The notes below the pieces were generated by a model that did not search any database, was not told where the DNA came from, and saw only the letters and a program-made list of their open reading frames with translations. A program made the position numbers and the translations under genes. A stretch of 64,000 nt of DNA from Podarcis vaucheri. Lineage: Eukaryota. Positions 36,808 through 49,480 of this stretch are shown here, one piece after another (within the stretch, counting starts at the first letter, position 1; every line of letters begins with the position of its first letter). The DNA lies in assembly GCA_965113315.1 (NCBI GenBank), contig OZ220365.1, one strand, 5' to 3'.

Positions 36808-37912
36808 CTATAAGCAAAGAATGAAGGGAATATAAAGCAAATGGTTGACAGAAGCAGCAGAAAAGCAGTTGTGTATGTTCAATCACAGATGTTTAGAATC
36901 TACAAAAGAAGTGCAAGCTGAAATGGCAAAAGTATTTGTTGACAATTACGACCCCAAACAACATCTGGCAGGGAGCTGGGTTGATATTGCATGCTGCCAC
37001 AATCACCAATTTCTGTCTTAACACAGATTGCCTTATTTGAAAAATAATTCTGCCAAGGATCAATTTGCCTATTTCCCAGGCACCAAATTTAAATGGTTCC
37101 CCAACCCTCAGCTGGAGGTGGGGTTCCTTGAAGGCATCTGAGGCAAAAGAGGATCTTGCCAGGTTGAAGAAGAGTCTTCTCAAGTGCTGAATGTTACATC
37201 AGTAATCCAGAAATTTAAAAAAATGCAACCCCTCTTCTGTCCCACCCCCATTTCTCTTACCACCATGCTGGTGTAAATTAAGTTGTGGCTGGGGGCGGGG
37301 GCTAATACCTACTCAGTTTCTATGAGCCTAATATGGAACTCTCTGGTTCCATTGGGGAAGATGACAGGGAATTAGAAACAGGGCTCTGCCTTTCATCAGT
37401 CGCAGACAAGAATAAAAGAGCTGAACAATTTTACCCAATATTAACATATTTTTTTAATATGGAGGCAACTGCAGATCTAATTGGCCCCGATCCCTCACCC
37501 AGTTTCAATGGCACATGCACCTATAAGCATATTTTCTTTCTTCCATTGAAAGTGGGTAAAGAGCTAACTCAGAAGATCAAATTCATACAGAAGAATATTT
37601 GTGTGCAGAGAGTACTGGGTTTTGGGCAGAACTAAAACATTTAATGACTAATTCATCCATTTAACCATCCTAGTTTCAGGGTGATGAGAGAAAAGATTCC
37701 AATATATCAGAAGTGGAAAGCCACGTGCACCTGGCTTGAAAAGACATCTGTGTCAATGAAATGAAAAATCAGAAGTTGGACATGGGTGTGTGCATGAGAG
37801 TTACAGAGTTTTCTGATGCCGGCAGGCACATGTTGCTTAGGAGAGAGGAAACTATACTGCAGATGTCTATCCTATTGGATGGGTGGGTGGAGGGAGAACA
37901 CAATAGCTTCAC

Positions 37913-38050
37913 CTTAGCGCTGCTTTGCCTGGTCTGCAGAAGCAGAAGCTGCAAACGAATTCTCTCATGCCTGCTCTCTTCCATTGGCTGTTGCAGTAGC
38001 TTTTCACCTTTTTGTAGAACATCCTCAATTTGAGCCCTCTCTTCATCCAA
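37913..38050 (-). CDS. UTRN: Utrophin exon, DMD ex39-equivalent (138 nt)
   Basis: ttttag|TTG...AAG|gtgaag; [46 protein letters not shown]. Confidence 0.93.
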
Positions 38051-38473
38051 CTAAAATGATAACAGCACAAGAACACTAAACCGTTAATGATACTTTAAGG
38101 GAAAATATTCCCCTTCCTCTCAAAATGGATATAACGGGCAGTATTCAACTAAAATAAAAATGCATGAGCAGAACAACTTCCATTTGCATAATGGGACTCT
38201 TCCTTCTCCTAACCACATCCACCCTACACCTTCCCAAAATCTGCTCTAGAATGTTGGGGGAATCCCCAGGAAAGGTTTAGGGGGTGCACAGGGGGAGGGA
38301 AAGGATGGAAAGTCCCTTTCTGCAGCATAATTCATTCCGCTCACACAAGTGCTACACTGAACACAACCCAGTATCTGTGAAGAGAAACATGCATAAAAAT
38401 GTACAGAAGAATAGCTGAAAATGTGTTTAATAAAGGCAAGTGCAATAATCTGTTTCATTCTAATCTCACACAC

Positions 38474-38629
38474 CTTTTCATCATCTTCCTTTGATTCCAT
38501 GTGTTTCTCTACAACCTTCAGCATATCCTGTAACTCACTTTCGAATTTATCAATGTCTGCAGAATCCACTGCAATTCCATGGGTCCCTTGCTTGACAAAC
38601 ACTTTATGAGCCTCCTGACTGAAAAGCAT
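38474..38629 (-). CDS. UTRN: Utrophin exon, DMD ex38-equivalent (156 nt)
   Basis: ccatcag|ATG...AAG|gtgtgt; MLFSQEAHKVFVKQGTHGIAVDSADIDKFESELQDMLKVVEKHMESKEDDEK. Confidence 0.9.
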
Positions 38630-39959
38630 CTGATGGCAAATGGGAAGACAAAAAACACACATTGATTAATGCCTAAGTAGCTGCATCAGTAAAGTTGCAC
38701 ATGAACATCACATTCAGCATCAGATTTTGCTGTGTAGGAGAACTTAGGCTACAGATTATCCTGTTTCACTGGCTCAGTTGAAAAATGAAAAATACTAAGC
38801 TGCACCTAAGAACGCAGAATAAGCTGATTCCCATTCCCAGAGACCCAGGCTAAGGAAATGCCTAGTCATGAGTAATTGGGATACTCAAGGCCTAGCTTAT
38901 ATGCTTCTGGAGAGTTGGAGGCATATCAAAAGCCAACGGATGACATCCAGTTGTAACAGCCTGTTGAAGGAACAGGCATTCTGCAAGTGGGAGCCTCATT
39001 CTTAGTGCACTGCAACAGTTGTATTCTGTAAAAGATGTTGCAAAATCCTTAGCACAACCACTGTTGTTTTGATACTTGGTGACAGTTAAGCTTGTGTGAT
39101 ACCACTTGTTCAAGAACAAGTTCTCAGTCATCTTGTGCTAGTGTTATGCTGGATCTCAAGCTTAGTGTTATGTACCCTATCCACTAAACTGGTAGCATTT
39201 TGTAAATTAAATGTGTGTGTGCTTTTTAAAAAAAAGAACACCCAATAAGTATTACTTAAACAATATATCTTGTCAAAGGCAAGCAGATATTTGTTTGTCA
39301 GTGTACAGCAATGTACTATCTTTCTCTAAGTTATCATCAAAACCTTTCTCCCCAGCCAAAAAAAAATTAATCATAACCAACCAGCTCATTAATAAAATAC
39401 TAAGAAGCAGCTTCCCTACCACATACACTTGTTATCAAATTAGGAGTTTGCACCTAGCTGAGCTCTAAAAATAACTAAGTAGCATTCATTCCACCAAAGC
39501 ATTAAGAACTGATCAAGGATCTTAAGGGGAATGCAAAATCCAGTCAATATGGGCACATTACCCAAGGGCTGTTAGGGATTCTGTCTGCTGACCAGGAAAT
39601 GTGCATAATTCCATCTTCATGGAAGGATTATGTGCACAGTCTCTATGAGGCCTGGTGAATGTCCACAATGGCCTGTTTTTTGCACATCACCTGATTCTTT
39701 CTCTGAAATATGCACATTCTCTGAGGCCTTTGGGGGCTTATGTATATTGACCAGGAAGTGCGCACAATTTCCTTTTCATGGAAGGGTTGTGTGCACATTC
39801 TCCACGAGACCCAGTGAATGTACACACTGGCCAGTTGATATGCACATTAACTGCTCAACTTACATTCCCCTTAACATATGGACTTCAAAATGGGAAGAAA
39901 TCAATGCTTTGGGATCATGAAGCAACATCCTTGTTTTGCACAACATCTTCCATCCTCAC

Positions 39960-40130
39960 CTTAGCACTTCTGATGTGCTGCGATACCTTCTCAAAGTTCC
40001 TGTTCAGTTCAGCCAGCTTCGGCTCTACCAGCTCACGGCATGACACACCACGGCCATTCATCAGGACAATAGCTTGGTCACGCACATTATCTACTCTGAG
40101 ACTAACATCATCCAATTCTGATGTTAGACG
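39960..40130 (-). CDS. UTRN: Utrophin exon, DMD ex37-equivalent (171 nt)
   Basis: ttctcag|CGT...AAG|gtgagg; [57 protein letters not shown]. Confidence 0.95.
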
Positions 40131-40300
40131 CTGAGAAGAGGGGGAAAACAGCACAAGCTTAGTGTTCAGTACACAGCAGGATAAAACAGGTGGGAGTGCA
40201 GCAAGAAAGTTATCAACCAAGAGATTTGGCAGAGTTTCATTTGGAACCAAAATATACTATTACTGTATAAGCCATGTCAGTAAGAGATTAGGTTTGCCAC

Positions 40301-40429
40301 CTTCACTGTCTCTTCTTTCTTGCTGGCTGGCTTTTTCTCAATCTCATCCAACAGGGCTTCAGCTTGGTACAGCCAAGTGCTTATGTGGGCGACATTCTCA
40401 TCAAAAATCTCCAGTTGACTTTGGTGATT
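40301..40429 (-). CDS. UTRN: Utrophin exon, DMD ex36-equivalent (129 nt)
   Basis: gtccag|AAT...AAG|gtggca (weak donor); [43 protein letters not shown]; not in the ORF track. Confidence 0.93.
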
Positions 40430-41129
40430 CTGGACAGCAAAGACAAGGATAAATCAATGAAAGAAATACCTAGAGAATGATCAATAAAATGAAAAAATGC
40501 TGCATATTAACAGGAAACACTTAGCAATAGATAGTCATCACTACATTTATTTAGATTTCTGGTCCAGTCCATGCCAAGACCTCTGGACAGTTTACAATAA
40601 ATTTGCATACTCAATTCAAAAAGAAAATTAGACTAAAATTTAAAAGGTATTAAATCCGCATCCTATCCCCTTTTGCACTATTTTCTATTTCCTGTATCCA
40701 TATTTTTGCTACAGGATAAAGCCTGCCCAGACCCACTTCACCTCTCCCTAAGAACATACTTCCCCAAACAGCATAGAAAATATGCAGCATTCATATCCCC
40801 ACATCATAACAGGGTTTAATAGCCAATGAATAAACCAGTATGCTCAAACACATAACAAATCCTTAACATATTCAAACAACGCTGCTCATTATAGATTGCT
40901 TTCTGTCAACTTTACATAAATGATTATTTCACTGATAAAAGAATACATAGTTGTGAAATTGGATTTCCAAAAGTTCTTGATTTTTAAAGAACTGGTTTAT
41001 TCTTATAGTAACACTTTATAGCAAAGGTTTTCAGATTGCAAAAGTATAGAGAAAGAAGCAAAGGTAGCAACTTTTAAAGCACTGGTGAAATTCTGTAGTG
41101 TGTTCACCTTATGCTTTGATTCAACATAA

Positions 41130-41830
41130 ATTCTGAGGTTACCAGCGCATGAACAATAGCAGCTAAACTATCCATGTCCTGGAAAGGGTGCAGTTGCCGT
41201 ACAGCTTAAGCTGATAACAGGCATCCCCACAGAGATCACCTGAGCTTCTAGTGATGGATCGAGGAGCACCCCCAAACTATAAACTTGTTCCTTCAGAGGA
41301 GTGCAACCCCAACCAGAACCAGTAAACTCCCCAACTCCTGTACCTGGGAGCCACTCACCACAGTCCCCCATCTAGCTAGGATTCAGTCTCAGTTTGTTGC
41401 CCTTCATTCAGCCCATCACTGCATCCAGGCACCAGTTTAAAACAGCCACAGCCTTTCCTGATTCAGGTGTAACAGAAATAAAACTGGGCATCATCAGCAA
41501 TCTGATGGCACCGTGCCCCAAATCTCCCAATTACCACTCACAGCAGCTTCTTATAGATATTGAACAGCACTGGGAACACATGGTGAGAAGGCTATCATAA
41601 TATGCCTTATTGCCCTGCAGCAATGAACAGCACAATTGGCAGGAGGCTGGCACATAACTCCCTCAATGCTATTCTATAAACCTGGCCCCATAGTTCCATC
41701 AGTCCCCCACTCATGAAGATGGTCCAGGAGGATACTGCAGTATCAAAAGCCACTGAGAGATCAAGCAAGAGCAACAATATCACATTTCCCCTATTCCCTG
41801 TAATGTATCAAGGAGACCAAGGGTGATTTT
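41130..41830 (-). mobile_element. Degraded L2-clade LINE RT fragment
   Basis: Minus strand gives PLKEQVYSLGVLLDPSL and a degenerate CHQ.ADD.Q.Y RT motif; boundaries approximate. Confidence 0.75.
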
Positions 41831-42659
41831 GGAAAGATACCCAGGAAAGATTTTTACTTTTTTAAACCTTCAGATGTTTGTTTGAATGCATATCCTCACA
41901 GATACCCATTCCCCGTTCAGAACTTCTGACATGGAAGGGAAACATCTGAATGAAGATTCTAAGCACTGGAATTCTCCCATGATCTGAACTTCTGCCTTGT
42001 CTTCCTCTCATTCCAGGAATGGGAACTGGTGCATACAGTGAAGTTTGGGGTGGGGATCATATGTGAAACCCCTCCCACCTCATTAATCCTACACATATTC
42101 AGGCAAATGTCTGAAGAGAGCTTCAGAGATATTATAGAAGATCAGTCTTGATTGTGAATGACTTCAAAACAGGGAGCTGACAGATAAATAGATAACTCAC
42201 AACAGAGATCAGAGAGGACACAAGAATGAATTAAACTGCCATGGGTGCATTAGATTTTCTTAATATTTTCTTTGGGATTATGGCTGCAACATATTCATGT
42301 CAAAAAGTAAAGGCTATTAAAACTGGCCGTTTAGATAGCAATAATCTTACAAAGTTCAGGTAGGCACATTTTAAACTGAGCGAAATTCATGACACATTTT
42401 AAAATTATATTGGCCCCTCACCTTTCTTATTAAGTATCTTCAATCCTACATCTACTGGGCATGCTGATATCTTCTCTCTTCACAGGAATTTCTATGCTTT
42501 GTGACAGTACACACAGTGAGAAGGCTATCATAATGTACCTTATTCTGCTGAAGCTAATTACACTTTGGAAATCTTAATGTCAGACAGATAACTCAGCTAA
42601 TAAAAAAATATTTTTAAAGGCAGCAAATATTGTAAAGTAAAAATTGCATATAAGCTTAC

Positions 42660-42839
42660 CAAAAGCGTATTGCACCAATCTTCCGTCCAAGTTCGGACTC
42701 TACTCCATCCAGCATTAAGAACACAGAGCTTTTCCTCCAAAGTCGTCTCACTGCCTTCCACTAAGGTCTGAAGTACTGCACTACTCTCTGTTACACTGTT
42801 AAGATCAACCTTCTTCCTTTCCAGTTCTCTCAGCACATT
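42660..42839 (-). CDS. UTRN: Utrophin exon, DMD ex35-equivalent (180 nt)
   Basis: ccttttag|AAT...TTG|gtaagc; [60 protein letters not shown]. Confidence 0.95.
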
Positions 42840-43303
42840 CTAAAAGGCAACAGAAACTATTAACAGAACCAAATTCTTCATGATTGCAAAGTCAAAGATG
42901 GCATCAAATGCATCCATAGCATATGACCATGTTTCTAATTTGACCACCTTGCCTTTTCATATCATGTAAGGCACTTACCAGCCGACTGCATATATGCCCA
43001 AATAACCACGAGGTATTCTAATATTGATAGCGATATTTGCACTAATTGTAGAATTTTCATAGAAGTTCTAGCAGCATGAAAATTCTCCTTCAATAAAAGG
43101 CAATTGAAGCATTGTGAAGTTATTGGGACCATTTGACAGGTCTGCATTTCTGTGATCATACAGACTAATGGACAGGGCTGGCCCACCCATGAGGCAAGGT
43201 GAGGTGACTATCTCAGGTAGCAGGATCCACAGGGGTAACAGATCCCAATGTACATATTTATTCCCCCACTCTGCCCTTGTTCCTAATATCAATCTTCACA
43301 ATC

Positions 43304-44130
43304 ATTTATTTATTTATTTATTAATTATACCCCGCCCATCTGGCTGGGTTTTCCCAGCCACTCTGGGTGGCTTCCAACAGAACCCTAAAATACAATAACC
43401 TATTAAACATTAAAAGCTTCCCTAAACAGGGCTGCCTTCAGATGTCTTCTAAAAGTTTGGTTATTTTTCTCTTTGACATCTGGTGGGAGGGCTTTCCACA
43501 GGACGGGTGCCACTACCGAGAAGGCCCTCTGCCTGGTTCCCTGTAACTTGGCTTCTCGTAGCGAGGGAACCAGAAGGCCCTCAGTGCTGGACCTCAGTGT
43601 CCGGGCAGAATGATGGAGGTGGAGACGCTCCTTCAAGTACTGGACCAAGGCCGTTTAGGGCTTTAAAGGTCAGTACCAACACTTTGGCGGGACGCGGGTG
43701 GCGCTGTGGGTAAAAGCCTCAGTGCCTAGGGCTTGCCGATCGAAAGGTCGGCGGTTCGAATCCCCGCGGCGGGGTGCGCTCCCGCTGCTCGGTCCCAGCG
43801 CCTGCCCACCTAGCAGTTCGAAAGCACCCCCGGGTGCAAGTAGATAAATAGGTACCGCTTACCAGCGGGAAGGTAAACGGCGTTTCCGTGTGCAGCTCTG
43901 GTTCGCCAGATGCAGCTTTGTCACGCTGGCCACGTGACCCGGAAGTGTCTCCGGACAGCGCTGGCCCCCGGCCAATAGATGTGAGATGGGCGCACAAACC
44001 CCAGAGTCTGTCAAGACTGGCCCGCTCGGGCAGGGGTACCTTTACCTTTACCTTTACCAACACTTTGAATTGTGCTCGGAAACGTACTGGGAGCCATTGT
44101 AGGTCTTTTAAGACTGGTGTTATATGGTCT
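43304..44130 (-). mobile_element. Young L2-clade LINE 3' fragment
   Basis: ORF2 C-terminus ARTLRSS...RQRAFSVVAPVLWKALP...FRRHLKAALFREAF, 3' stem-loop and (AAAT)n tail. Confidence 0.88.
43687..44054 (+). mobile_element. Young CpG-rich Sauria SINE inserted in the L2 element
   Basis: Full length with (ACCTTT)3 tail; TSD taccaacactttg at 43674-43686 and 44055-44067. Confidence 0.95.
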
Positions 44131-46462
44131 AGAGGGAAGAGGGATTCATTTTGTGGTTTGTCTCAGGTGCCAAAATGTCTTGGGCGGCCCCTGCTACCTG
44201 AAATTATCTACTGATGGGAAATGAAGTTGTAATTTTTAAGACAACTTATATCTTCCTCTTGCCTTTATCAAATTTGATTTTATTAGATTCTGCCATTTAT
44301 TTTATTATGCAATTACTCCTTGTTCCAGTTCCATTTGTTATTTCATAAAGTTTCTTGTTCTGCATGTGGGGAACTATATATCTATCTATTATGGAGCAAT
44401 TCAAACTACTTTTTGTCTGCATGTGTGCATGTACTTTTCGTGAAGTGGAGGGAACCTTATGTAATTCTTCCCACTATAATATACATTTTTGTATAATGGT
44501 ATGTGCGTAAGCACTTGTTAATTAATAAAGTAGTGCCTTTTCTCTAAATCGCTGTGAAGCACAGAGGATATTGCAACATTTCAAATACATTACACTGAAA
44601 CATTTAAATACTACTAATCATATTGAAGTATGTTGTATACAGATAGTAAAAAGGTCCTCAGATCACAATTATTTATAGCCATTTTAACATAAGAAGGATT
44701 TGTGCAGTTTCCTTGCACGACAAGAAATTATACTGTTCCATTTTTAACATCAATCCTCAGAACACAATACTCCTCCTTGTAGGCTAATGACTTTTTGCAC
44801 TCAATTAGGCAAATAATTGACTAACCATGACATTCTCTAAAATAGCAATCAATAATTAAAACAAGCAATTAAATTCAAAAAGCGAAGAACTGTATTACAT
44901 TATGGAAAATGAAACACATTGGTGAGCCTTGGATCTAATACGCCTTTTTTTGGCTGGCACAATTCAGCTTTTAGAGAAAACATTTTTTTAAAAAAATGTC
45001 TATAATAAGGCAATCAAATTTAAAAGATAGTGTAAGGTTTTAAATTATCCATGCCAGCTTGGGAAAAAGCAGTAAAGGAAGCATAGATACAATATATGCT
45101 TAAATATATGCTCAGAACTAAGTATTGGGGAGAAATTTGGAACAAAGTATGATATTTGTGTAGTTAGCTACTTGGTTGATTTTTTAAGTAGGTAAAAAAA
45201 AAATCTTTATATAGCTATTTTAACCACTTTAATTCATCACTGAGGGGATTTATCATGTAACAGATAGCAAATATTAAGTGTTGCTGCTGTGGAATTATAG
45301 AGATTAGCTTCTCCAATGCGGTTTTGTATAGTGGTTACAGATCTAATAGCTAATTCTTTAACATTTTAAATAATTTTCTTTGAGCAACAGCCAACAAAAA
45401 GGCTTATATTACTAAACTCTAACTTATCCTAGAAGAACAGGCAGAGGTGAAGATAGGGCTTGGCAAAAACAGCACCTGACGAGAACACAGGCCCAGGTGG
45501 AGTGCAAAAAATCACCATTCAGACTATGAAGTGTATGGTGTATATGTGTGTGGTGCCACACCTCCGCTGTTGCAGCAAGATCAGATGCAGAAGCCTCCCG
45601 TCCTTCTCGCACCGTGGCAAAATTATGGGGGGGGGTCAATACAGCTCCTTGCCAGGGGCAGAAGAGACCCTTGGTACACCTCTGAGAACAGAGGATAAAC
45701 ACTACCCACTCACAATAATCATGTACCATATGCAATGTTTTTAGAATCTAATGCTGGAAGAAAATGCCTAAGATTTTCCTATTTATAATCAGCAATGCAT
45801 AGTTGACCACCATTTGCATAGCAGAAAATTGTACTTGAAAAGCATGCGTCAATTTTTCTTCATCAGCTTAATGTAAACCAGGAAAAAGTTGCACTATGGA
45901 CTAAGTATTGAACCAGCAAAAAAGCAGCACAACAATTCCTTCTAGTGCAACAGGACTTTCCACTTTTCCTTCCCCTAGCCCCCAGCTCTCTGGTACCGTC
46001 CCCAAAATTGCTCTGGGTGGTCCAGAGACCACCATCATCCGCAAGAATGGGGGGGGCGGTTGTTCCATCAGGCAAGCTGAACATGGGGGGGATGAGGACA
46101 GATTGTTCCATCAGGGAAACAGAAAAGGAGAAAAACTATTAAATAAATTATTTGGAAGCACTATGAGCCCTGCAGCTGGGTTGCTATTGACACTGCAGCA
46201 AAAATTAAGGCAACAGTAGCTTCACAAGTGAACTAGAGGGACAGAATTATGTTGGTGCTTCTACATAGTCTGGAAATTTCTAGCGCTTATATAATTTGTT
46301 TAATTTATATACAAGGCTTCAAGATGGGCTACTCATAAGAAAGTGCATTTTTGTTAACAGTTGCCCCAAAGATGAAATAGAAACAATTGTCTCTGTTTTG
46401 TTTTCGGTTTTTAAATCACAAAGGAATACAAAGGAGAAAGGACAAGATACAGTTTTTCTTAC

Positions 46463-46633
46463 TTTAGCCCATGCGATTTCAGTGTCCAGATCAGTGAGCA
46501 AATTCTCTGAGGTGGACTTGTGCACTAACTCAGCCTCCGTAGCCTCTAGCCATTTCGACAAGGAAAGAGAGACTTCCTTGAGCTTACATGACAGCTGCAA
46601 TGCCTGCTCCAAATCTTGCTTCCCTTCAGTGAC
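46463..46633 (-). CDS. UTRN: Utrophin exon, DMD ex34-equivalent (171 nt)
   Basis: atgcag|GTC...AAA|gtaaga; [57 protein letters not shown]. Confidence 0.95.
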
Positions 46634-46764
46634 CTGCATAAGAAACCCAGCATGTAAAAACAGAAATAAGGAGTTCTGCTTCTTCAATAAGAAATACGTA
46701 GCAGTGAAAGTAATTGGCAACACCCAGGTGATATTTTTATAAAAGGTCATACTAAGAAAAAAGA

Positions 46765-47411
46765 AAAAAAGGGATCCAGAGGGGATCCTGGAAATGACAT
46801 GCTGCTTAGCTCAGGAAAACTGGTGGAAAGTATAGGTAAGGTAAAAGTAAAGGACCCCTGGACGGATAAGTCCAGTCAAAGGCAACTATGGGGTTGCGGT
46901 GCTCATCTCACTTTCAGGCCAAGGGAGCTGGCGTTTGTCCACAGACAGCTTTCCGTGTTATGTGGCCAGCATGACTAAACCACTTCTGGCACAACGGGAC
47001 ACCGTGACGGAAAGCAGAGTGCATGGAAATGCCATTTACCTTCCTGCCGCAGTGGTACCTATTTATCTACTTGCACTGGCATGCTTTCAAACTGCTGGGT
47101 TGGCAGGAGCTGGGACAGAGCAATGGGAGCTCACCCTGTTGTGGGGATTCGAACCGCTAACCTTCCGATCGGCAAACTCAAGAGGCTCAGTGGGTTAGAC
47201 CACAGTGCCACCCGCGTCCCTAGTTTAATGTCCCTGCTTAGCTTAATGTCTGGCACAGGAAAACTGGTGGAAAGTATATTTAAACATAAAGTAACCAATC
47301 CTATAGAACAGCAAGCTGAAGTAGGCTTCTGCAACAGCAAATTTTGTCTCGCTAATCTATTAAGAGTTCTTTGAGAGTGTCAACAAAGCATATAGAAAGA
47401 GGTGATCCAGT
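46765..47411 (+). mobile_element. CR1 RT fragment interrupted by a SINE
   Basis: [10 protein letters not shown]... then SLMSGTGKLVESIFKHKV...GFCNSKFCLANLL...RGDPV, resembling the CR1 ORF2 RT N-terminal region. Confidence 0.8.
46835..47220 (-). mobile_element. Sauria SINE (third subfamily variant)
   Basis: gggacgcgggtggcactgtgg head, B box and ACCTTT-like tail on the minus strand. Confidence 0.92.
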
Positions 47412-47811
47412 TTGCTAGACAGAGCATCCAAGGTGGCTTACAATTTAGATTATACATCACAATGAGGTACTGAAGAACAAACAGTTCAGAAAGAGAGCAA
47501 AACTAAAACATTTGAAGATGCAGTGTGCAAAGTTAAAACAATCCAAAAGCCTTAAAAAATAAAATGCACTGACCATTTATATAAAAAACAAAAAGAAGGA
47601 AGCCTGCCATGGTTTCCCAAGGAAGAGCTTTTTACAATCTTAAAACCATTACAGAAAAGACCCTATATGTGTCCCAGGCAACAGTACCTCTGAAGGCAAA
47701 AAATCAAAGAGCAAGGCCTCTAATGGTCATAAGGGTAGTCAGATTCATGTGGCAGAAGACTGTCCTCAAATAGCCTGGCCCCAAAGCCCAAAAGCAGCAC
47801 ACAACTCTTAC

Positions 47812-47967
47812 CTGTGCGCCCAGATCATTGTATAGAAACTTCAATGCCGTCAGTTGTTCATCCATGCTCTTAGGGTTATCTGTTTGTTGTTTCTGTACAA
47901 TTTGCCTTCCTGTTTTGATTACAGTTTCCACTTCAAGCTTTACTTCACTGAGAGTCTTGTAGAGTTT
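47812..47967 (-). CDS. UTRN: Utrophin exon, DMD ex33-equivalent (156 nt)
   Basis: ctctag|AAA...CAG|gtaaga; [52 protein letters not shown]. Confidence 0.95.
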
Positions 47968-48533
47968 CTAGAGCCAGAATGAATTACACATTTGTTACCG
48001 TTTAACGTCTCAAGGCTTGTTTGTTTCTGTTTCCAAATAATGGTTAAACTTGTTCATGTCATATTACTTCTTGAAAGCAGGTCAGACATAACAATGCATC
48101 AATTCAAACATCCGGGACATAACAAATGTTTCATCCAGAGTTTTAAGAAATAGATGTTTGGGGTTTTTTGCTTTAATGCTAAATATGACAAAGATAAAAT
48201 TATGTTATTTACTCTGCATCAAATTTGTCTCTATGTACCATTAAAGTGAAAAGTTAAGTAAGCTTCCCTTAGAACTATTTTGATAATATGAAAGTGTTAC
48301 GTTCTTTTGATAATTCTATCTAGGTATAAGAACCAAATCACTTAAAAAGAATTGTTCCTTTTATCCAAGCTTTCCACCAAATCTGTGGATATGCTTCTAT
48401 AGAAGGATATCTTTGGTAGGAGTCTTCATTTCAGTTGAGACACAGAAGCAAAGTATCTTAAATCTTCATGACCTCATGGATATAATATGGAGGGAGAGGA
48501 AAGTAAGAAAGTGCAGCCAAAATTCTGTATTAC

Positions 48534-48707
48534 CATGCACTTATCGAAGTGAGACTGAATTACATCTGGGTCAATATCCTTCACATCCAAGACATGGAGC
48601 TCAGCCTTTACACTGTCCAGAACCCGTTTACAATCCAGCATACGTTGCTCAAAGTTCGCTGGTTTCTGGAAAAGCTGATACTTTGTGGATACCTCCCGCA
48701 GTTTCCT
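48534..48707 (-). CDS. UTRN: Utrophin exon, DMD ex32-equivalent (174 nt)
   Basis: aaacag|AGG...ATG|gtaata; [58 protein letters not shown]. Confidence 0.95.
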
Positions 48708-49426
48708 CTGTTTATAAAAGAAGGCAACAATATCAAACTGTGACCAGAAAGAAAACACCCCCAAGAGGTTTCAACAACCCTCCTCCTCCATCTCATTGCT
48801 TAGACCATGCAGCACGTCTCCCAGATACCTATCCTAGTTTCTTGTACAGTCTTGAGCCTAGCACAGGATGCTTGTCCTTATCTTCAAAGGACTCCAGATT
48901 CTCATGCCCTTATCACATCTCTCTGCTCTTAAACCTCAATACATCTCTACCTGTGACTGTCACTCCTACAGCAAAACCCTAGGCTATCCAAGGTCTCCTG
49001 TTCCCTCAAATGATTTCATCCTTTCTCCCACTATGACGAGAAATACCTCTTACTTATGTCTTATATGACCCACAGGAAGCTGCCTTATACTGAATTAGTT
49101 GTCTACAAAGACTTACTGTCCGTTCCCTAGTTCCCATGCTCGGGGTCCAGCTTGGCAAGCCATGAGAAGTGGTCCATCAGCCCGGGCTTATCACCAAATC
49201 TCAAAGGTATTGTGCTCAGTGTTCAGGATAACCCTTTGCCTATTCTTTAGAAATTGTTCCAAACTAATTAGGTTTTATGTAGACTTATTGTGTAATTTAC
49301 AGTGTAATATGCTGTATGCAGGCTAGTTCTGTCCCAGGGTCAGGCTTTAGTAATATGGCACTCTGAGCAAGGACAAAATTTGGCACACACTCCCAACTTT
49401 GAGTAGGTACCCATATACATACAAAT

Positions 49427-49480
49427 ATGATGATTATGATGATGATGATGGTGATGGTGATGGTGATGGTGATGGTGATG
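49427..49480. repeat. (GAT)n/(GATGGT)n microsatellite
   Basis: Read directly; it explains the poly-His and poly-IT ORFs. Confidence 0.97.

Larger units (their letters stand above)
43173..44193. mobile_element. hAT-like MITE split by L2 and SINE insertions
   Basis: Termini cagggctggccca ... tgggcggcccctg; degraded 8-bp flanks ctaatgga / ctacctga. Confidence 0.55.

Noticed and set aside
43687-43770. tRNA-like A and B boxes
   Set aside because: These are tRNA-derived SINE heads, not tRNA genes; no cloverleaf is present.
48413-48982. Longest ORF in the track (189 aa, + strand)
   Set aside because: It is antisense to the ex32-equivalent exon and runs into intron, with no recognisable domain.
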